From an archaeon (GTDB taxonomy: Archaea; Iainarchaeota; Iainarchaeia; Iainarchaeales; CSSED10-239), in assembly GCA_035390665.1 (NCBI GenBank), contig DAOOUC010000003.1, forward strand, positions 90,001 through 122,000: DNA of 32,000 nt, in the 5' to 3' direction. A program made the position numbers and the translations under genes. The notes under the pieces are model-generated. The model did no database searches and was not told the DNA's origin. It saw nothing but the letters and a program-made list of their open reading frames with translations. This document shows, one piece after another, positions 29,801 to 32,000 of the stretch (its first letter is position 1; every line of letters starts with the position of its first letter).

Positions 29801-32000
29801 TCTTTCTAAATCAAATATGCTTTCGATATTAAGATTATTACCGTTTACTCTTGAATTATTAGTATATCTTATGTCTGATTTGTATTTTATATCATTTATC
29901 ATTCTTTCATTGTCTGTTAATTCTGTTACAGGCCTACTAATACACACTTGAATATTTATGTCCTGGTTTCCTTTAATAATTTTTATTTGAGAAATAATTT
30001 GTGCATTTACAAAATTAGAAGTGTAGTTATTTTTAAAATCATAATTTTCTATATTTATTGTTTTTACGAAACAAACTCTTGCATCTGTTCCATTTTCTCT
30101 AAAATTTGTGGTTTTACTTAAATAATCACTATTAATATCTACATAAATCATAGATTTTAATATTGTTAATTTTAAAGAATCAGAATCATAAATAAAATTA
30201 GCAGTACGATTATTAAATCCTAAATCTAGTCTTTGCTGTATTGTTTTTGGTTCTCTTACACAGTTAAATTTTGATTCATCTACTATTGTACTTGCTGTTG
30301 GCAAATTTTGAGTAATTGTGCTTGGATCTGTTTTTGTTACAGTTTTATTATTTAAAACCCCGAGATTATAAAAACTATAACCTTCATTTAGTTTTGCTAT
30401 AATTTGACTAGAATCACTACCAATATCTAACTTATCTGTACTTGAGTAAACATTATCATATTGATAATCTAATAAACTTCTATCTCTTATATCAACTAAT
30501 GTAAATGTAAATATATAAACCATCCAACCCATTACCCTTTCTATTATTTCAAAAAATTTACTTGAATGTATTGGGGCATAAATTATCATATCTACAGAAT
30601 TTACAGTATTATCACACACAGTGTCTGGGACAATAAAATTATACTCGGTTTTAAATTTATCTGCCTTATAAACAAAATTAGTTTCTGGATTTACATTATA
30701 GCCGTATAATTGGAATATGTTCCCTGCATTTCTTTTTCTTTCATTAATTAAATTATTTAAATTTCTATAATTCTTTTCTTTTAAGTTATCTGATTTTGTT
30801 ATTAAAATATGTGGATAAAAATCTTCATTTTCTAATTCTGATATTCTTTCTGGCGTCCAAAAGTCATCTTTTAATTTAATATCAACATAACAGCTTTTTC
30901 CTGTTTCTGTAACATTCACTGTTGTTTCTTCAACATTAAAATCAACATAAGACATTGTTGATCTTGGAACGCAAGATAATGGAGTTAATGCTGTCTTTAA
31001 AGAAAATATTGCAGAACCATTCTTTTGTCTTCCGTTTTCTTTATCATATATTTCTTCAATTGTTAAATTATTATTTTTATATTTTACATCATTAATTATA
31101 CTTTCATAATCTTCTAATTTATTTAATGGTCTTATAAAACACACACTTAATTTTGAATCATTTATTTTTATTACTGAAATAACATTTCCATTAGCTAAAA
31201 CACTGTCTTTATTTTCTAAAACATTATTTGTTTGTAGCTCTGTTAGAATGCTCTGAGGAATTGCAGTTTCAAAACAAACTCTTGCATCATTTTCATTTTC
31301 TTTAAAGTCTTCTACCTCACTTAAGAAATCCGAATTTACAAAAATATTTATTTGAGTATTATCTGTTGTTAAGTTTATTGCTTCAGGATTAGATACAAAT
31401 TTAGTGTTTCTTTCATTAAAATCTAAATCTCTTAATCTTTTCTTTAAAGTTATTTCTTTTTCAGCACATAAAAAGTTTTTATCTGGAATATTTGTACTTA
31501 TTTGTGGTAATGTTCCTGAGATTGCTGTGTCTTCTACTTTTGTAACAGAAATATTATATAAATAATCTAAATTATATAAATTGTTTGTTTCTGCAATTCT
31601 TTGACTATCTCTACTTAAGTCTAATGCACCAAGACTGCTATATACATTATTATATTTATTATCAAAATAATTTTCATTTCTAGAATCATAAATTGTAAAT
31701 GATCCAACATATAATAACCAACTCCAGAAATCCCCCAAAGCTCTTAAAAATTTACTTGATTTCATTGGCAAGAAAACTACTGCATCCATTGTGTTGGTCT
31801 CATTATTACATACTGATTCCGGTACAGTAAAATCATAAGTTGTATTATAGGCTGGTGCTTTATAAACAAAACTTTTTTTCTGATTCTCTCCATATAATCT
31901 AAAAATATTTCGTGCACCATCTCTTTGATCATCAACTAATTGTTCCATAGTTTTAAAATTTTCTGCTTTATTCTGTGTTGCTTCTGTAACTAAAATATGA
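26888..32000 (-). CDS. C-terminal >=1703 codons of a giant repeat-containing protein, N-terminus truncated by right window edge
   Basis: ORF track starts it at 31948, but the frame stays open to the edge: HILVTEATQNKAENFKT-MEQLVDDQRDGARNIF. That upstream peptide aligns to the internal repeat copy HILITKSDNLKEKNYRNLNNLINERKRNAGNIF, so the true start is outside the window. Confidence 0.93.
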   Translation of the reverse strand, partial: HILVTEATQNKAENFKTMEQLVDDQRDGARNIFRLYGENQKKSFVYKAPAYNTTYDFTVPESVCNNETNTMDAVVFLPMKSSKFLRALGDFWSWLLYVGSFTIYDSRNENYFDNKYNNVYSSLGALDLSRDSQRIAETNNLYNLDYLYNISVTKVEDTAISGTLPQISTNIPDKNFLCAEKEITLKKRLRDLDFNERNTKFVSNPEAINLTTDNTQINIFVNSDFLSEVEDFKENENDARVCFETAIPQSILTELQTNNVLENKDSVLANGNVISVIKINDSKLSVCFIRPLNKLEDYESIINDVKYKNNNLTIEEIYDKENGRQKNGSAIFSLKTALTPLSCVPRSTMSYVDFNVEETTVNVTETGKSCYVDIKLKDDFWTPERISELENEDFYPHILITKSDNLKEKNYRNLNNLINERKRNAGNIFQLYGYNVNPETNFVYKADKFKTEYNFIVPDTVCDNTVNSVDMIIYAPIHSSKFFEIIERVMGWMVYIFTFTLVDIRDRSLLDYQYDNVYSSTDKLDIGSDSSQIIAKLNEGYSFYNLGVLNNKTVTKTDPSTITQNLPTASTIVDESKFNCVREPKTIQQRLDLGFNNRTANFIYDSDSLKLTILKSMIYVDINSDYLSKTTNFRENGTDARVCFVKTINIENYDFKNNYTSNFVNAQIISQIKIIKGNQDINIQVCISRPVTELTDNERMINDIKYKSDIRYTNNSRVNGNNLNIESIFDLERNNVDTNSYIFSLKAVLAPLDCTSEEEETGNKQTFDCVIPEKSFSFRKRLPFNEETSRYYFHKAKDAIKLSEEIVALEDDMLVYDINIDSEYINKVGNFKENGTDARVCFVKTLDGDVIDNLNISGTYIDTQEDILDNGIILIKLKTIRDNSNKLEICLSRPTRRLMEQESKIRNLYSSKEYTLNAVKKFLGIDFLRKDEELRKVVFRINTEVPSLGCNSNGVESELQTKVAFDCLISEPTLAERKEMDYNSGNTKFYYATGAMTFNQNTNPQEMNVQINLNKEYLANIYNFKENGKDARVCFVENIANISTNHFISSLYYIKDQTIMTTRGDVIFKLESLEDTREVRFCISRPVRRLTEIESKITNLRFSQPYDYMLKEEFLSIDWLNKDRRLKNINFSVADFNLAELDCIDPNDNQNVPLDVKYISTPSIEGFCYDPMGFNSNSGYTGERNYYDYGFNRLLLKWNESEMTHNNCDYGFYCDQDQLKITLLKKIEILNSSNKYTLDEVTFKTENNIISENTLLKTDGLFKDSVIDSLSITDLRRVSLSEYTTAIDVLIAKLPTDLREIIILKSTVTPDTDLNAETITNFITIFTDNNFTKINDDYYFSVKSHLRAQPTIQNFFNAADQNTQLRFIAFNTKILRNLNIYYGDALNPVVVNTKTFNSTNIGITNEIFTGTGDFLTTQKALPFSESSEVTNINSPRTVKIFIETPTEPKVSIKESDLSSILNYYEQSKYLKYKSNMLFTNPINAYYFNYTGKLFKESETGISKETEIITNHDIWSKGQDGYLLSISTRGNGIHGIIYKNIRPIQIISKTNNSYLLQYTNAGNEAKSLDRNMFWYDNIDAKLLEIKPITGNNRYLLQNGKSYKTTIFAFVNCPTQKIELFTKRPIQTNYKFTFAVPSALISEIPEKEYFVIPGNIVNEKFRPDELQNINSVFNNITSQNVCFNFYDANRISLWYNPEKVNEESQ
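28570..31480 (-). repeat. Four copies of a ~190-aa Cys-containing unit (signature NFKENGTDARVCFVKT ... CISRPVxxLxxxE)
   Basis: Signature DNA (+ strand) aaacaaactcttgcatc at ~31270, ~30070, ~29475 and ~28895. Each is followed (N to C) by CFIRPLNKLED / CISRPVTELTD / CLSRPTRRLME / CISRPVRRLTE. Copies 1 and 2 lie inside the ~395-aa block; copies 3 and 4 are extra. Confidence 0.87.
29695..30845 (-). repeat. Second copy of the ~395-aa duplicated block
   Basis: NIFQLYGYNVNPETNFVYKADKFKTEYNFIVPDTVCDNTVNSVDMIIYAPIHSSKFFEIIERVMGWMVYIFTFTLVDIRDR...; boundaries approximate. Confidence 0.82.
30845..32000 (-). repeat. First copy of a ~395-aa in-frame duplicated block in the right-edge protein
   Basis: NIFRLYGENQKKSFVYKAPAYNTTYDFTVPESVCNNETNTMDAVVFLPMKSSKFLRALGDFWSWLLYVGSFTIYDSR... 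Confidence 0.85.

Noticed and set aside
28888-31315. Regularly spaced identical DNA core (aaacaaactcttgcatc) considered as a CRISPR-like or integration repeat array
   Set aside because: Spacings are ~580-1205 nt, the repeats are in frame and encode the conserved DARVCFV peptide; this is protein-domain duplication, not a CRISPR or recombination array.
1-32000. tRNA, rRNA, CRISPR, transposase or phage structural genes
   Set aside because: None recognised in the translated frames or in the short intergenic gaps; the window is nearly all surface-protein coding.

Overview
AT-rich 32 kb window, almost fully coding on the minus strand (transcription runs right to left). It contains nine consecutive predicted secreted or membrane-anchored surface proteins, about 10,500 codons in total, and no enzyme, RNA or replication gene that I can recognise. 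Both edge genes run off the window. The supplied ORF track omits the left one (1..5627, at least 1875 codons) and places a false Met start on the right one (26888..32000, open to the edge). The main observation is internal paralogy. (i) A three-gene cassette, small secreted protein / Gly-rich secreted protein / giant single-TM protein, occurs twice in the same order: 132 aa-674 aa-1991 aa and 499 aa-713 aa->=1875 aa. (ii) Four giant proteins (>=1703, 2514, 1991 and >=1875 aa) share C-terminal signatures that can be seen by eye, including a W..C..(Y/H)CD..Q module; three with visible ends also share an extreme C-terminal '[IV]F...C...[WY]' motif. (iii) Three of the giants begin with a cytosolic tail plus one TM helix, followed by strings of CarboxypepD_reg/Cna-B-like beta-sandwich repeats. 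(iv) The two largest intergenic gaps carry perfect hairpins overlapping the upstream stop codon, followed by T-rich tracts, and then TATA-like elements 47-58 nt before the next ATG. This suggests three transcription units. GGTGA-type ribosome sites and TATA-like boxes favour an archaeal (possibly DPANN-type) origin, but that assignment is inference only. I cannot name the system. I propose a multi-component cell-surface or attachment apparatus that expanded by cassette duplication.
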